Of a stretch of 60,698 bases of DNA, positions 11,038 to 21,330 are shown one piece after another. How positions within the stretch are numbered: the stretch's first letter is position 1; every line of letters begins with the position of its first letter. The notes below the pieces were generated by a model. That model saw nothing but the letters and a program-made list of their open reading frames with translations. It was not told where the DNA came from and did no database searches. Source of the stretch: an uncultured delta proteobacterium (GTDB lineage Bacteria; Desulfobacterota; Binatia; UBA9968); contig CAVWLW010000029.1 in NCBI GenBank assembly GCA_963755715.1, positions 1 to 60,698 on the forward strand, in the 5' to 3' direction. Position numbers and translations under genes: made by a program.

Positions 11038-12370
11038 ATGAACAATTCGGATGAAAAGAGAGCGGCGCAAGGCCTCCTGCTGGCATACTGTTTGTTTATT
11101 CTTTACGGCTCTTTTATTCCCTTTCATTTCAACTTCGATCCAAACTTCGTGCGCTGGCGCTGGTCGTTATTTTTGACGGACTCGCTTCACGAGCGCATTG
11201 CGCACGCATCGTTGTCCGACGTAGTCAGCAACATTTTGCTATTCATACCGTTCGGCATCCTGCGGATGTGGCTATGGTCGGCCAGGGTCCAAGGCAAACG
11301 GCCGCTTCTGCCGACCTTAGTTACGGCTGCCTACGGATTGATATTCGGGGTTGTTATTGAGTCCGGCCAGACACTCTCGCCAGGGAGAATCTCGTCTCTA
11401 CTGGATGCCTTATGTAACGGGCTGGGAGCTTTCATCGGCGCGATTTGGGGTCTCGTCCTGGTCCGAAGCTTTCGAGGATCTTTCAAAGCAACCTTGGTTC
11501 ACGTCCTGCGCAACCAACCTACCCTGTTGTTGCTCTGTTATCTCCTTCTGGGAGTTTTGGCGAACTCGTATTTCCCATTTGACGTGACGTTGGATGTCTC
11601 GGCCGTATGGCAAAACATAAAACGCAGTCAACTAGTTCCGTTCCAAAAGGGTTTCCATCAGTATTGGTTCGAATTGTTGATAGAGAAAGGAGCGATCTTT
11701 GCTGGCATCGGCTATCTTGTTTTAACTAACCTACAGCGTCTTTGGCGCAGGACCGGAGCGGGCCTCGCTTGGCTCCTGTGCTGCGCGCTCGTCTGCGCCA
11801 TCGAGACCGGCAAAGTGTTCTTTGCCGGACGAGCATTTTATGCGGAGAATGTAATGATCGCCTCGCTCGGCGCGCTCCTGGGGATTATTCTGCTTCCGAG
11901 TCTGGTCGCTTTGTCATGGGTCAAACGTCGGCCGGAAGCGGTCTGGTTCGCGCTCGTGCTCGGCTTTCTAATCTATCTTGAACTTTCTCCCTTTGACTGG
12001 ATAGTCCTCACAGAGCTGCCCGAGCGTTTTTCTCGGATCGAATGGCTTCCCTTCAAAGCGTACTATTCAGCCGAACCGCTAGGTGCCTTATTCGATCTTC
12101 AGAAGAAAATATATGCGTCGATTCCGCTGGGTTTCGTGGTCATGTCGCTTCCGTCGATCAAAGTCACCTCCTCGCCCCGGCGCAAGGCGGCGCTACTCTG
12201 CATTGTCGATCGCCGCCGGGATTGAATTGGCTCAAGTCTTCCTCAGCTCCCGTATTCCATCGACCACCGACGTTATCATTTTCAGCGCCAGCGCTTGGGT
12301 CGGGATTGTGCTTTTTGAGGGCTACCGTAGCTTCACCGCGAATAACCAAATCAACTCGACCGCCGAGTAG
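11038..12370 (+). CDS. Multi-VanZ-domain membrane protein (frameshift near 12210)
   Basis: DVVSNILLFIPFG, IESGQ..GRISSLLD, and IELAQVFLSSRIPSTTDVI in the shifted frame. Confidence 0.85.
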
Positions 12371-12671
12371 CCGGTGAGCATTGACGGCGAATAATCCGAT
12401 CCCCCAATGGTGAAGGAAAGTAATGATGGCAGCAGAGAAGTGCGTGGACGCTTAGATAACTCGAACTCGTGATCGACAATGAAACAAACGTTTCGTCTCA
12501 GACCCAAGTGCCGCGGTGCTTGACATGACCCGGCCATCTTGGCTATTACCCCATTCCAACCGGGCTTGTCAGTGGATAAACGAATAGCATGAATGATCCA
12601 GACGCGCTTTCGTCGAGCAAGTGTAACAATCTATTTGCCAAAACATCAATTTTTAATAAGAGGAGGGACTC

Positions 12672-13052
12672 ATGAATAGGTTAATCCTGGCGTTGGTTAT
12701 GTGTTTAGTGCTCGCGGGTATTGCCGCCGCAGCGGTCAACATCAACACGGCGTCGAAAGAGGAACTCACGAGTCTCAAGGGAGTCGGTGACAAGCGCGCT
12801 CAGGAAATCATCGACTACCGCAAGAAGAATGGCGATTTCAAATCCGTCGACGACCTCGAAAAGGTTCCCGGTATCGGCCCGGGTATCATGAAGCAAATCC
12901 GTTCCCAGGTTTCCGTTTCGGGCAAGACGACGGTCGACAAACCCTCCGACAAGGCCAAGGCCGTCGAACAAACCAAAGCCAAAGCTCCAGACCCAGCGAA
13001 ATCCAAGGGGACCGAAGCCAAAAAGGCCGATGCACCCAAGGCGACGCCATGA
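12672..13052 (+). CDS. comEA: ComEA family helix-hairpin-helix DNA-binding protein
   Basis: Signal peptide; VNINTASKEELTSLKGVGDKRAQEIIDYRKKNGDFKSVDDLEKVPGIG; Lys/Ala-rich tail. Confidence 0.93.
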   Translation: MNRLILALVMCLVLAGIAAAAVNINTASKEELTSLKGVGDKRAQEIIDYRKKNGDFKSVDDLEKVPGIGPGIMKQIRSQVSVSGKTTVDKPSDKAKAVEQTKAKAPDPAKSKGTEAKKADAPKATP

Positions 13053-13085
13053 AAGCGGAAAAGAAGTAAGCGCCGATAGGTTTTT

Positions 13086-13128
13086 AAAACAACCCCGCCG
13101 GGGAGACGCCGGCGGGGTTGTTTTTTTT
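13086..13128 (+). terminator. Rho-independent terminator
   Basis: aaaacaaccccgccgg-gagacg-ccggcggggttgtttt followed by a T-run. Confidence 0.9.
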
Positions 13129-13184
13129 GTGGCCCTCGATAATGTGAGAAGCACCGAATATAAATGATCCGACGGAGGTGACCG

Positions 13185-14039
13185 ATGCGCCTCGATAATG
13201 AACAAGAAAGCCAAAACGTAGAAGATCGCCGCGGTTTCCGCGTATCGAAGGGCGTTGCCGGCGGCGGCATCGGCAGCATTGCAATTATTCTCATCGCGCT
13301 CTTTTTCGGTGTCGATCCAAGCGTGATCCTGCAAGATAATTCACAAACCAACGTCGCGCCGGAGCCGACCAGACAATCTCAGCAGGCCGGCGCCCGCGAC
13401 GAAGGGCGCGAGTTCGTCGCCCGCGTGCTCGGCAGCACCGAGCAGACTTGGGGCGAAATTTTCCAGCGTGCCGGACGTACCTACGCACAGCCAAAGCTCG
13501 TGCTCTTCAGCGGCCAAGTCCAGTCGGCCTGCGGTTTTGCGCAGGCCGCCGCTGGACCCTTCTATTGCGGCAACGACCAGAAAGTTTATATCGACCTCGC
13601 TTTCTTTCGTGAACTCCATGACCGTTTCAAAGCCCCCGGCGATTTTGCTCAAGCCTATGTGATTGCGCACGAAGTCGGCCATCACGTGCAAAACCTGCTC
13701 GGCATCATGGGTAAGGTCCAGGCGCGTCAAAGCCGCGCCCGCGAGCGTGAAGCCAATGCCCTCTCCGTGCGACTCGAGCTCCAGGCGGACTGCCTCGCCG
13801 GCATCTGGGCCAGCTTCGCCAATCGCGAGCGCAAGATTCTCGAACCGGGCGATGTCGAGGAAGGCTTAAACGCCGCCGCGCAGATCGGCGACGACACGAT
13901 TCAAAAGCGCGCTCAAGGCTACGTCGTCCCCGAAGGATTCACCCACGGCAGCGCGCAACAGCGCGTGAGCTGGTTTCGCCGCGGCATTCAAACCGGTGAT
14001 TTGAAACAGTGCGACACTTTTGCCACGGGCGTTTCCTAA
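13185..14039 (+). CDS. Neutral zinc metallopeptidase (YpfJ family)
   Basis: ESQNVEDRR, GPFYC, AQAYVIAHEVGHHVQ, LELQADC, FTHGS. Confidence 0.93.
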   Translation: MRLDNEQESQNVEDRRGFRVSKGVAGGGIGSIAIILIALFFGVDPSVILQDNSQTNVAPEPTRQSQQAGARDEGREFVARVLGSTEQTWGEIFQRAGRTYAQPKLVLFSGQVQSACGFAQAAAGPFYCGNDQKVYIDLAFFRELHDRFKAPGDFAQAYVIAHEVGHHVQNLLGIMGKVQARQSRAREREANALSVRLELQADCLAGIWASFANRERKILEPGDVEEGLNAAAQIGDDTIQKRAQGYVVPEGFTHGSAQQRVSWFRRGIQTGDLKQCDTFATGVS

Positions 14040-14223
14040 AATCTTATTTCATCTCAAAGATTCATTCGCTGAAGTCCGCAGCCACGCTTGAAGCTTCCGG
14101 GCATTTCAAAGTTGGTTTGGTCTGGCATTTTTCTCCACGGCTCGTTTCTCTTGTGCTAAAATTCTCCAGAAAACTTAGCGCCTCTAACCCGTTTTCTTGA
14201 CGCGCTACAGACGGGAGAATTTT

Positions 14224-15348
14224 ATGGCGAAAACCTGGATTGTTTGCATCGATGGAACGTGGAACCAGCCCGGACAAAAAGACCGGGACCCGGTCACAGC
14301 CACAGAAACAGCTGCCCCGTCTAACGTCGTGCGCACGTGGGAAGCGCTCGCAAACACGCCATTAGCCACAGATTTTTATTACGGCTCCATCGCGCCGATA
14401 AAACCGAAAATTCTTTTCACTGGTGTCGAAGGTGAAGTGATTTATCTGGCCGGCATTGGCACGACCGGTACGGTGGAAACCCATATTCTCGAGGGTGCAA
14501 CGGGCACCGGCACCTCGGAACGCATTCGCGACGCCTATCGTTGCCTCGCGGAACGCTACCACCAGGGCGATCGCATTTACGGTTTCGGCTTCAGCCGCGG
14601 CGCCTTCGCGATCCGAAGTCTCGCCGGATTCATCGATCTCGCCGGTATGCCGAAACAACCGCGCGCTTTGAAGGAAGAGGAGCTATTGGAAATCTACGAC
14701 GCCTACATGGACGGTAAACTCGTCGATAAGGCCCGCTACGGCACCATCGATACGATGATCGATTTTATTGGCGTCTGGGACACCGTGGGCGCGCTGGCCT
14801 TCGGCCGGACCCTCGGCAACTTTCATCGGATCAATCCCGGCAACGTCAAACGCGTCGCCCATGCCCTAGCGCTCGACGAAGAACGGCAACGTTTTGAGCC
14901 CTCGTTTTGGGACGCGCCTGCGACGGCAGCGACTCAGGTCGAAGAAGTTTGGTTCAGCGGCTGTCACACCAACATCGGCGGCGGTTACGCCGATGCTAAT
15001 CTCTCCAACATCGCTCTTTTCTGGATGCTCCAGTCTGCGCGCGACGCCGGACTCCCCCTCGACGCGCGTGGCATCCCCGGTTTCGATCTCAAAGATCCGC
15101 GCGGCCTTCAACGCGATTCCTACAAAGAATTCTACGACAGTATGGGCCTGATCGGCGGCATCGCCGAGTCGCTCCACCTCAAGCACGAACCGCGCGCTAT
15201 CCGCGCCGGACAAAGAATCCATCAAAGCGTTTTCGATCGCATGCAAGAAGCGCCCGGCCAACAGCCCTACATCCCGAAGGCGCTGTTCGCGGGTAAATCT
15301 CTGTCGACCGAATCCAATCCCGGCATCCAGCCGTGGGGCGGATTTTAA
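14224..15348 (+). CDS. DUF2235 alpha/beta hydrolase (Tle1-like)
   Basis: CIDGTWN, FGFSRGA nucleophile elbow, GVWDTVG, HALALDE, EVWFSGCHTNIGGG. Confidence 0.9.
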   Translation: MAKTWIVCIDGTWNQPGQKDRDPVTATETAAPSNVVRTWEALANTPLATDFYYGSIAPIKPKILFTGVEGEVIYLAGIGTTGTVETHILEGATGTGTSERIRDAYRCLAERYHQGDRIYGFGFSRGAFAIRSLAGFIDLAGMPKQPRALKEEELLEIYDAYMDGKLVDKARYGTIDTMIDFIGVWDTVGALAFGRTLGNFHRINPGNVKRVAHALALDEERQRFEPSFWDAPATAATQVEEVWFSGCHTNIGGGYADANLSNIALFWMLQSARDAGLPLDARGIPGFDLKDPRGLQRDSYKEFYDSMGLIGGIAESLHLKHEPRAIRAGQRIHQSVFDRMQEAPGQQPYIPKALFAGKSLSTESNPGIQPWGGF

Positions 15349-15349
15349 T

Positions 15350-15380
15350 AGTCCTGAGTAATGAGTCTTGAGTGCTGAGT
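15350..15380. repeat. Left arm of 31-bp inverted repeat built from TGAGTNN heptamers
   Basis: agtcctgagtaatgagtcttgagtgctgagt; 28/31 match to the reverse complement of 15791-15821. Confidence 0.88.
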
Positions 15381-15387
15381 ATTCAGA

Positions 15388-15780
15388 ATGGGAAACAAAG
15401 TTGCCAGGTTTGAAGATCTGATAGCGTGGCAAAAAGCCCGTGAGTTGACCTGTAAGATATATCAGATCAGTCGCCAAGGCGAGTTTGCAAAAGATTTTCG
15501 TCTGTCTGGCCAAATTCAATCAGCCGCTGTTTCGATCATGTCCAATATCGCGGAAGGTTTTGAAAGGGGCGGACTGGGTGAATTTCATCAATTTTTATCG
15601 ACCGCAAAGGCTTCTTGCGCAGAGCTCCGCTCGCAACTTTACGTAGCGCTTGACGTCGGTTACATCGATGCTCAAACATTTCAAGAACTCAGAACTCAAT
15701 CTGAGGAGGTCGGCCGAATTATCGGTGGACTGAGAGTCTCAATAGCAAAACAGAGACAAAACAAAGTAAGGCGAATTTAG
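15388..15780 (+). CDS. Four helix bundle protein (23S rRNA IVS-protein family)
   Basis: [58 protein letters not shown]. Confidence 0.93.
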   Translation: MGNKVARFEDLIAWQKARELTCKIYQISRQGEFAKDFRLSGQIQSAAVSIMSNIAEGFERGGLGEFHQFLSTAKASCAELRSQLYVALDVGYIDAQTFQELRTQSEEVGRIIGGLRVSIAKQRQNKVRRI

Positions 15781-15790
15781 GTTTTTCCTC

Positions 15791-15821
15791 ACCCAGCACT
15801 CAGGACTCATTACTTAGGACT
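15791..15821. repeat. Right arm of 31-bp heptamer inverted repeat
   Basis: acccagcactcaggactcattacttaggact; overlaps the 3' end and stop of the convergent oxidoreductase. Confidence 0.88.
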
Positions 15822-18695
15822 TCGACTAACAATTCCGCCGGATGTTTCGCCTTTCGTCCAGCCAAGTGCTCGATTTGCTGTCTGCACGAAATCCCCGGGG
15901 CGACGATGTCGACTTCGCCGCCGACCGCTTTGACGGCCGGCGCGAGTCGGCGGTTGCCGATTTTCAGCGACAGGTCGTAGTGTTCTTTTTCGAATCCGAA
16001 GGAGCCGGCCATGCCGCAACAGCCTGAGTCGACCTCGCTCACTTCGTAACCGGCAGCCTTGAGCATCGCGATCGTGGGCGCGCGTGCCGACCAAAGCTTT
16101 CTGGTGGCAATGGCCATGCAGCATGACTTTCTTGCCACCGGCATTTGGCTTCAGTGCGATCCTTCCCGCTTTCTGTTCGCGCGCGACGAACTCTTCCAGC
16201 AGGAAACTGGCGTCCGCAACTTTCTTCGCGGCATCTGTCCGAATGAACTCGGGATACTCATCGCGCAATGTGAGCAAGCACGACGGCTCCAGTCCGACGA
16301 TCGGCGTCCCCTTCTCAGCATAGGGCGCGAGCTTATCGACATTCCACGCGGCATTTTCTTTGGCCTGGCTGAGCATGCCTTTCGAAATCATCGGCCGACC
16401 GCAGCACTTTTTGTCGACGAGCAAAACTCGATAACCCGAACCTTCGAGGAAACGGGTCGCGGCAACGGCTACATTCGGCGTGTTGAAATTATTAAAGGTG
16501 TCATGAAACAACACGACCTCGCCTTTCGAACCGTCACCTTCCGTTTTGTGCTTCCTAAACCAATCTTCGAAAGTTTCGCCGGCGAATTGCGGCAACGGTC
16601 TTCGCCGATCAATTCCGGCAAAAACTTCCATGAGCCAACGGTTTATTCCGGAGTTGGCAAGCCAATTCGAAACCGGCGCCAGTGTCGAGCCGATGCGATT
16701 CAGCGTTTCGATTCTGCCGAAGATCCTGTTGCGCAGTGGCAAGCCGTTGGCGCGATGGTAGTGATCAAGAAATTCATATTTAAGCTTCGCCATATCGACG
16801 TTGGACGGACACTCCGCCTTGCAGGCTTTGCATTCGAGGCAAAGATCCATCACCTCGTACAGCCGCTTGCCGGTGAATTCTTCCTGCGGCACTCTTCCGG
16901 CGATCGCGTTTCTGAGCGCGTTGGCGCGCCCGCGCGTGGAGTGCTCTTCGTCGAGGGTGCCCATATACGACGGGCACATGGTGCCATCGAGCTTTTTGCG
17001 GCACTCGCCCATGCCGCTGCACATTTCCACCGCGCGCGCGAAACCGCCCTGCGCGGCGAAGTCGAGGGTCGTGCGCGGTTCCCACGGTTTGTACTGCGGG
17101 CTGATCTTGAGCGACTCCGTCATTGCCGGCGCGTCGACGATCTTGCCCGGGTTCATAAGATTTTTCGGATCAAAGGCGCGCTTGACCTGGCGGAATGCAT
17201 CGTAGAGCGCCGGGCCGAAAAGCTTGGCGTTGAAGTGGCTCCGCGCTAGGCCGTCACCGTGCTCGCCCGACATGGCGCCGTTGAATTCGAGCACGAGATC
17301 GGAGATCGCGTTGGCGATGGAAACCATCTTGTCGCGCTCGCTCTCTTCCTTGAGATTGATCAGTGGACGGATGTGCATGCAACCCACGGAACAATGGCCG
17401 TAGTAACCGGCGATCGTCTCGTGACGTGAAACGACTTCGCGGAAGCGCTTGATAAACTCCGGCAGTTTGGCCGGCGCCACCGCCGTGTCTTCGACGAAGG
17501 CGATCGGCTTCTTGTCGCCCTTGATGCCGAGCAGCAAACCGAGCCCGGCCTTGCGCACACCCCAGATCGCTTTTACTTCTTCCGGTTTGAATGCCTGCGT
17601 CGAGGCATAGCCGATCTTCTCGCGCTTGCGCAATTCTTCGAGCTGGTAAACCTGATCTTTGACTTCGGCTTCGGTTTCGCCGGCGTATTCGACCATCAAA
17701 AGCGAATCCGGGTTACCTTGCACGAATCCCAACTTGCGCGATTGCTCGATGTTGCCGCGGGCAAGATTCAAAACCATCTTGTCGGTGGACTCCATCGCGT
17801 AAGGTCGGGTTTGCAAAATAACCTGCGCGCACTCCAGCGCTGCGATATCGTCGTTGAAGTGAATCACGTCCATCGCCGTCCACTTGGGTTTGGGCACCAG
17901 TCGCATCTTGGCTTCGACGATCGTCGCCAAGGTGCCCTCCGAGCCGACAATCATGCGCGATAAATTGAATGGCTGCGCCTTGACGAATTCGTCTAAGTTA
18001 TAACCCGACACACGCCGCATGATTTTTGGATAACGCGCGAGGATTTCGCTCTTGTACTGCTGCGCCAGACGAAATACTTCGCGGTAGGCTCTGCCTTCGA
18101 TCGTGTCGGCCCGGCTCTTACTTTCCACAGTCTCCGGGGATAAATCCTTCAAGACAACTTCGCTGCCGTCGGCTAGCAAGACCGTCAGTTCGATCACGTG
18201 ATCCAGCGTCTTGCCGTAGGTCAGTGAATGAGCACCGGCGGAATTATTGCCGATCATGCCGCCGATGGTGGCGCGGTTCGAAGTCGAAGTGTCGGGGCCG
18301 AACTGCAACCCCAGCGCACGGACGTGCGCGTTCAGCTCGTCTTGAACCAAACCCGGCTGCACGCGGCACCAGAGCTCTTCTTTATTCACTTCCAACACGT
18401 TCTGCATGTATTTGGAAAAATCCAGCACGATGGAGTGGCCCACCGCCTGACCGGCGAGCGACGTGCCGCCGCCGCGCGGCAGAATGGAGATGTTCAATCG
18501 GTTGGCGAGTTCGATCACGGCTTGCACGTCGCCCCTGTGGCGCGGCACGACCACGCCGATGGGTTCGATCTGATAAATCGACGCATCCGTCGAGTAAAGC
18601 AGGCGCGAGTAACGGTCGAAGCGAATATCGCCTTCGACTCGCTTTCTTAATTCCGCTGCGATCTCGAAATGATCTCTGCCCTCTTTCACGCTCAT
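15800..18695 (-). CDS. FAD-binding and (Fe-S)-binding domain oxidoreductase (GlcD/GlcF fusion type; frameshift near 16085)
   Basis: YSTDASIY, PRGGGTSLAGQA, GSEGTL, SGEHGDG, CSGMGEC and CLECKACKAECP clusters, CCG domains, CCGMAGSFG in the shifted frame. Confidence 0.92.
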
Positions 18696-18753
18696 CGTAA
18701 TCTCCGCAAGTTCCCTATTGAACGTTTGAACCTTGAACCCTCGAACGATTCTT

Positions 18754-19633
18754 TCATCCCCACCGTAACACCAAAACGCCGACGACGACTAGCGCCGCAG
18801 CAGCGCCGTCCCTGAAGGTGACTTCTTCAATGCCTTTAAGCGTGGTCTTCGCCAGGAAAAAACTGACGATCGGCTGCGCGCTCCAGATCGGCGCCACCAC
18901 CGAGGCCGGCGCGTGCACCAACGCTTTCAAAGTAAAGATCGAACCGATGGCGTAAAGGAACCCCGCGGCGACGAAGCAGCACAGGCTGCTGAGCGGAATT
19001 TTTTGCCACTTCCGTTCGATCTTGAGCCAATTGCCCAGTGTCATCAGGAGCGCCAAGCCCGTTGCATGCATGACGAGCGCGCCAAGCACCGGCGGGCCGC
19101 CGTGATCCGTGCCGAATTTTTTAAGCACCGGCACCACGCCGTAGCAAAGCGTCGCCAGAACGGCGGCCAGAGTGAGCCGGCGCGCGCCGGCCTTGCCGCC
19201 CGGCGCCGACTCGGATTGAGTCACGAAAAACACGCCGGAGATAATAAACATCACGCCGATCAATGACAGCAAAAGACAGGGGCTCGCCGAGCACGGCCGC
19301 CGCCAACAGCACGGTGATCAACGGTGAGGAATTGTTAAGCGATTGCGCCCGCGAGGCGCCGATCTGATCGACGCTTCTGACGAACAGCGTGCGGCCGAGA
19401 TAGGCGCCGACAACGCCGGTGCCAGCAAAGATAAGAACTGCGGCAGAAGGGATCTTACCGGCGAATAAATCGCCTTCGAGCAGCGCTGAGACGAGTAGTG
19501 TCAGAAGAATCGTTGCCTGTTGGTAGAGTGTCGCCGCGCTCACGTCGGCACCGGCGAGTCCGCGTTTCACCAGCACCGGACTGGTTCCCCAAAAAAGACC
19601 GGCGCACAGCGCGTAGACAATCCCGCTTTCCAT
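18754..19633 (-). CDS. EamA/DMT family transporter (frameshift near 19265)
   Basis: Two hydrophobic halves; SPLITVLLAAAVLGE and APASVVAPI motifs. Confidence 0.85.
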
Positions 19634-19656
19634 TGCGATTGGGTCTAACCGCAGAT

Positions 19657-20340
19657 CTATTCGCTAAGCGCGGCTTTTGCCTGATCAAAAATATCCTGGA
19701 ACATCGGCCGGGTGAGCTTGCCGGTAAACGTGTTCTGCTGGCTCGGGTGATACGAGCAGATTAACCGCGGCCCGCCTGCGAGATCGACCGCGACACCGTG
19801 ACCGAATTTCGGCCGCGGCTTAGGAAGCGCGCCGCCTTTTTCCTGATAGGCGGTCAGAAACGCATCGAAAGCGATCTTGCCGAGCACGATCACGACTTTA
19901 ATATCGCCGAAGAGTTTTAGCTCTTGGACCAAATAGGGCCGGCAGCGTTTGAATTCGCTCAGCGCCGGCTTGTTGTCCGGCGGCGCGCAATGCACCGCCG
20001 CCGTGATGTAGCAGTCGTCAAGCCGAAGCCCGTCGTCCCGATGGTCCGAGTTGGTCTGGTTGGCGAAGCCGGCGGCGTGAAGCGCGCCATAAAGCCAATC
20101 GCCGCTCCGATCCCCAGTAAACATCCGCCCCGTGCGGTTGCCACCGTGTGCCGCCGGCGCGAGACCGACGATCAACAAGCGTGCGGCTGGATCACCGAAT
20201 CCGGGCAGCGGTTTGGCCCAATAAGCCTGGCCAATATAGCGACGCGGCGGATTTTTTGCCGAGGCCTCACGCCAGCGCACCAAACGGGGACACTTGCGGC
20301 AAGCGATTATCGTTTGGTTGAGCTGTTGAACATTGCTCAT
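19657..20340 (-). CDS. Uracil-DNA glycosylase family 5 (UdgB-like, 4Fe-4S)
   Basis: CRKCPRL, GLAPAAHGGNRTGRMFTGDRSG, CAPPDNKP, YHPSQQNT; start MSNVQQ. Confidence 0.93.
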   Translation of the reverse strand: MSNVQQLNQTIIACRKCPRLVRWREASAKNPPRRYIGQAYWAKPLPGFGDPAARLLIVGLAPAAHGGNRTGRMFTGDRSGDWLYGALHAAGFANQTNSDHRDDGLRLDDCYITAAVHCAPPDNKPALSEFKRCRPYLVQELKLFGDIKVVIVLGKIAFDAFLTAYQEKGGALPKPRPKFGHGVAVDLAGGPRLICSYHPSQQNTFTGKLTRPMFQDIFDQAKAALSE

Positions 20341-20365
20341 GCTCTTTTCTGTTAGCACAAGGCTG

Positions 20366-20594
20366 ATGAAAAAAGGAACCCGTGCCTCAGTCAGCTCGGT
20401 CCAATGCGGAAATCGGCGAGTACTGGAACCAGCACGACTTGAGCGACGTCTGGGGAAAGACGCGGAAAGTGAAGTTCGACGTGGTACTCGAACCGGAGGC
20501 AACCTACTATCCAATCTCAAAGAATCTATCGGACAAGCTTCAAGCGGAGGCGCACAAACAGCGAGTTTCCTCTGACACTGTCAACCTTCTATGA
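20366..20594 (+). pseudogene. CopG/BrnA-like antitoxin remnant
   Basis: EIGEYWNQHDLSDVW..VKFDV..LQAEAHKQRVSSDTVNL resembles the FWDTHD CopG antitoxin family; frameshifted and no toxin gene upstream. Confidence 0.65.
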
Positions 20595-20761
20595 ACGTCA
20601 CCTACGCCATTGCCGGACGATTGAGTCTGCGACCGCCCCAGCGCAATTCACTGAAGATCCTCGACCGTCAAGAGATTGCTCCCCCACCGCTTCTTGTCGA
20701 TCAAAATGTCCGCCCGCGCACACCAGCCGGCCGCGTGCAAACCTTTTTTTTTCTGTTATAA
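20591..20761 (+). pseudogene. N-terminal remnant of a type III restriction (Res, DEAD/DEAH helicase) subunit
   Basis: Manual translation MNVTYAIAGRLSLRPPQRNSLKILDRQEIAPP resembles the AIAGRLSLRPPQ N-terminus of Res subunits; similarity stops after about 32 aa. Confidence 0.6.
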
Positions 20762-20794
20762 ATTTTTTGACTTAATTACCCAAAGGGAGAATCC

Positions 20795-21124
20795 GTGATT
20801 CAACGCCCACAGCCTTATATCCGCCAAATTCACGTCTGCATCAACAATCGCAACGGTGAAAGCCCGTCGTGCGGCTACAGCGGATCGGAAGAAGTTGTCG
20901 AAGAGCTTAGAAAAGTCTGCAAGGAACGCAATCTCAAAGGCAAAGTTCGCGTGGTTAGAAGCGGTTGCCTCGACCTCTGCGCATTTGGCCCCAACATGAT
21001 GATTTGGCCCGAGGGGCTTTGGTACATGAAGGTGACGAAAACCGACGTTCCGCAGATCGTCGACACTTACTTGAAGCTTGAAGAAAGCGGGCAGGCGAAA
21101 GAGGTTGGCGCGGCGGCAAAGTAG
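20795..21124 (+). CDS. Thioredoxin-like (2Fe-2S) ferredoxin
   Basis: HVCIN..SC..SGCLDLCAFGPNMMIWPEGLWY. Confidence 0.9.
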   Translation: MIQRPQPYIRQIHVCINNRNGESPSCGYSGSEEVVEELRKVCKERNLKGKVRVVRSGCLDLCAFGPNMMIWPEGLWYMKVTKTDVPQIVDTYLKLEESGQAKEVGAAAK

Positions 21125-21175
21125 ATCGACTTTCCGAACTCGTCGACTCCCATTTTAATTTTCTTTCAATAAAAT

Positions 21176-21212
21176 CGCGGTTTCGCCGTAATCGGGTTAC
21201 GGAGAAACCGCG
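21176..21212. terminator. Stem-loop, probable terminator after the ferredoxin
   Basis: cgcggtttc-g-ccgtaa-tcggg-ttacgg-a-gaaaccgcg; U-tail is weak. Confidence 0.5.
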
Positions 21213-21330
21213 CTTGTGTGTCGGGAGGGCGCGTCAATCATGCGGAATCGTTCATAACTTGACACAGAACTTCTATCCATATTAGCTGAAACTGGAACAA
21301 GCAAAATTTATAGCTAAAGGACAAACCCTC

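Noticed and set aside
14224-15348. T6SS effector-immunity locus
   Set aside because: No vgrG, PAAR, hcp or lipoprotein immunity gene nearby
15388-15780. Diversity-generating retroelement (four-helix bundle as Avd)
   Set aside because: No reverse transcriptase and no TR/VR pair with adenine-specific differences was seen in the window
16059-17249. 396-aa plus-strand ORF and similar long antisense ORFs (e.g. 35490-36278, 31391-32239, 45564-46409)
   Set aside because: Shadow frames opposite well-supported genes in GC-rich DNA, with no recognisable motifs
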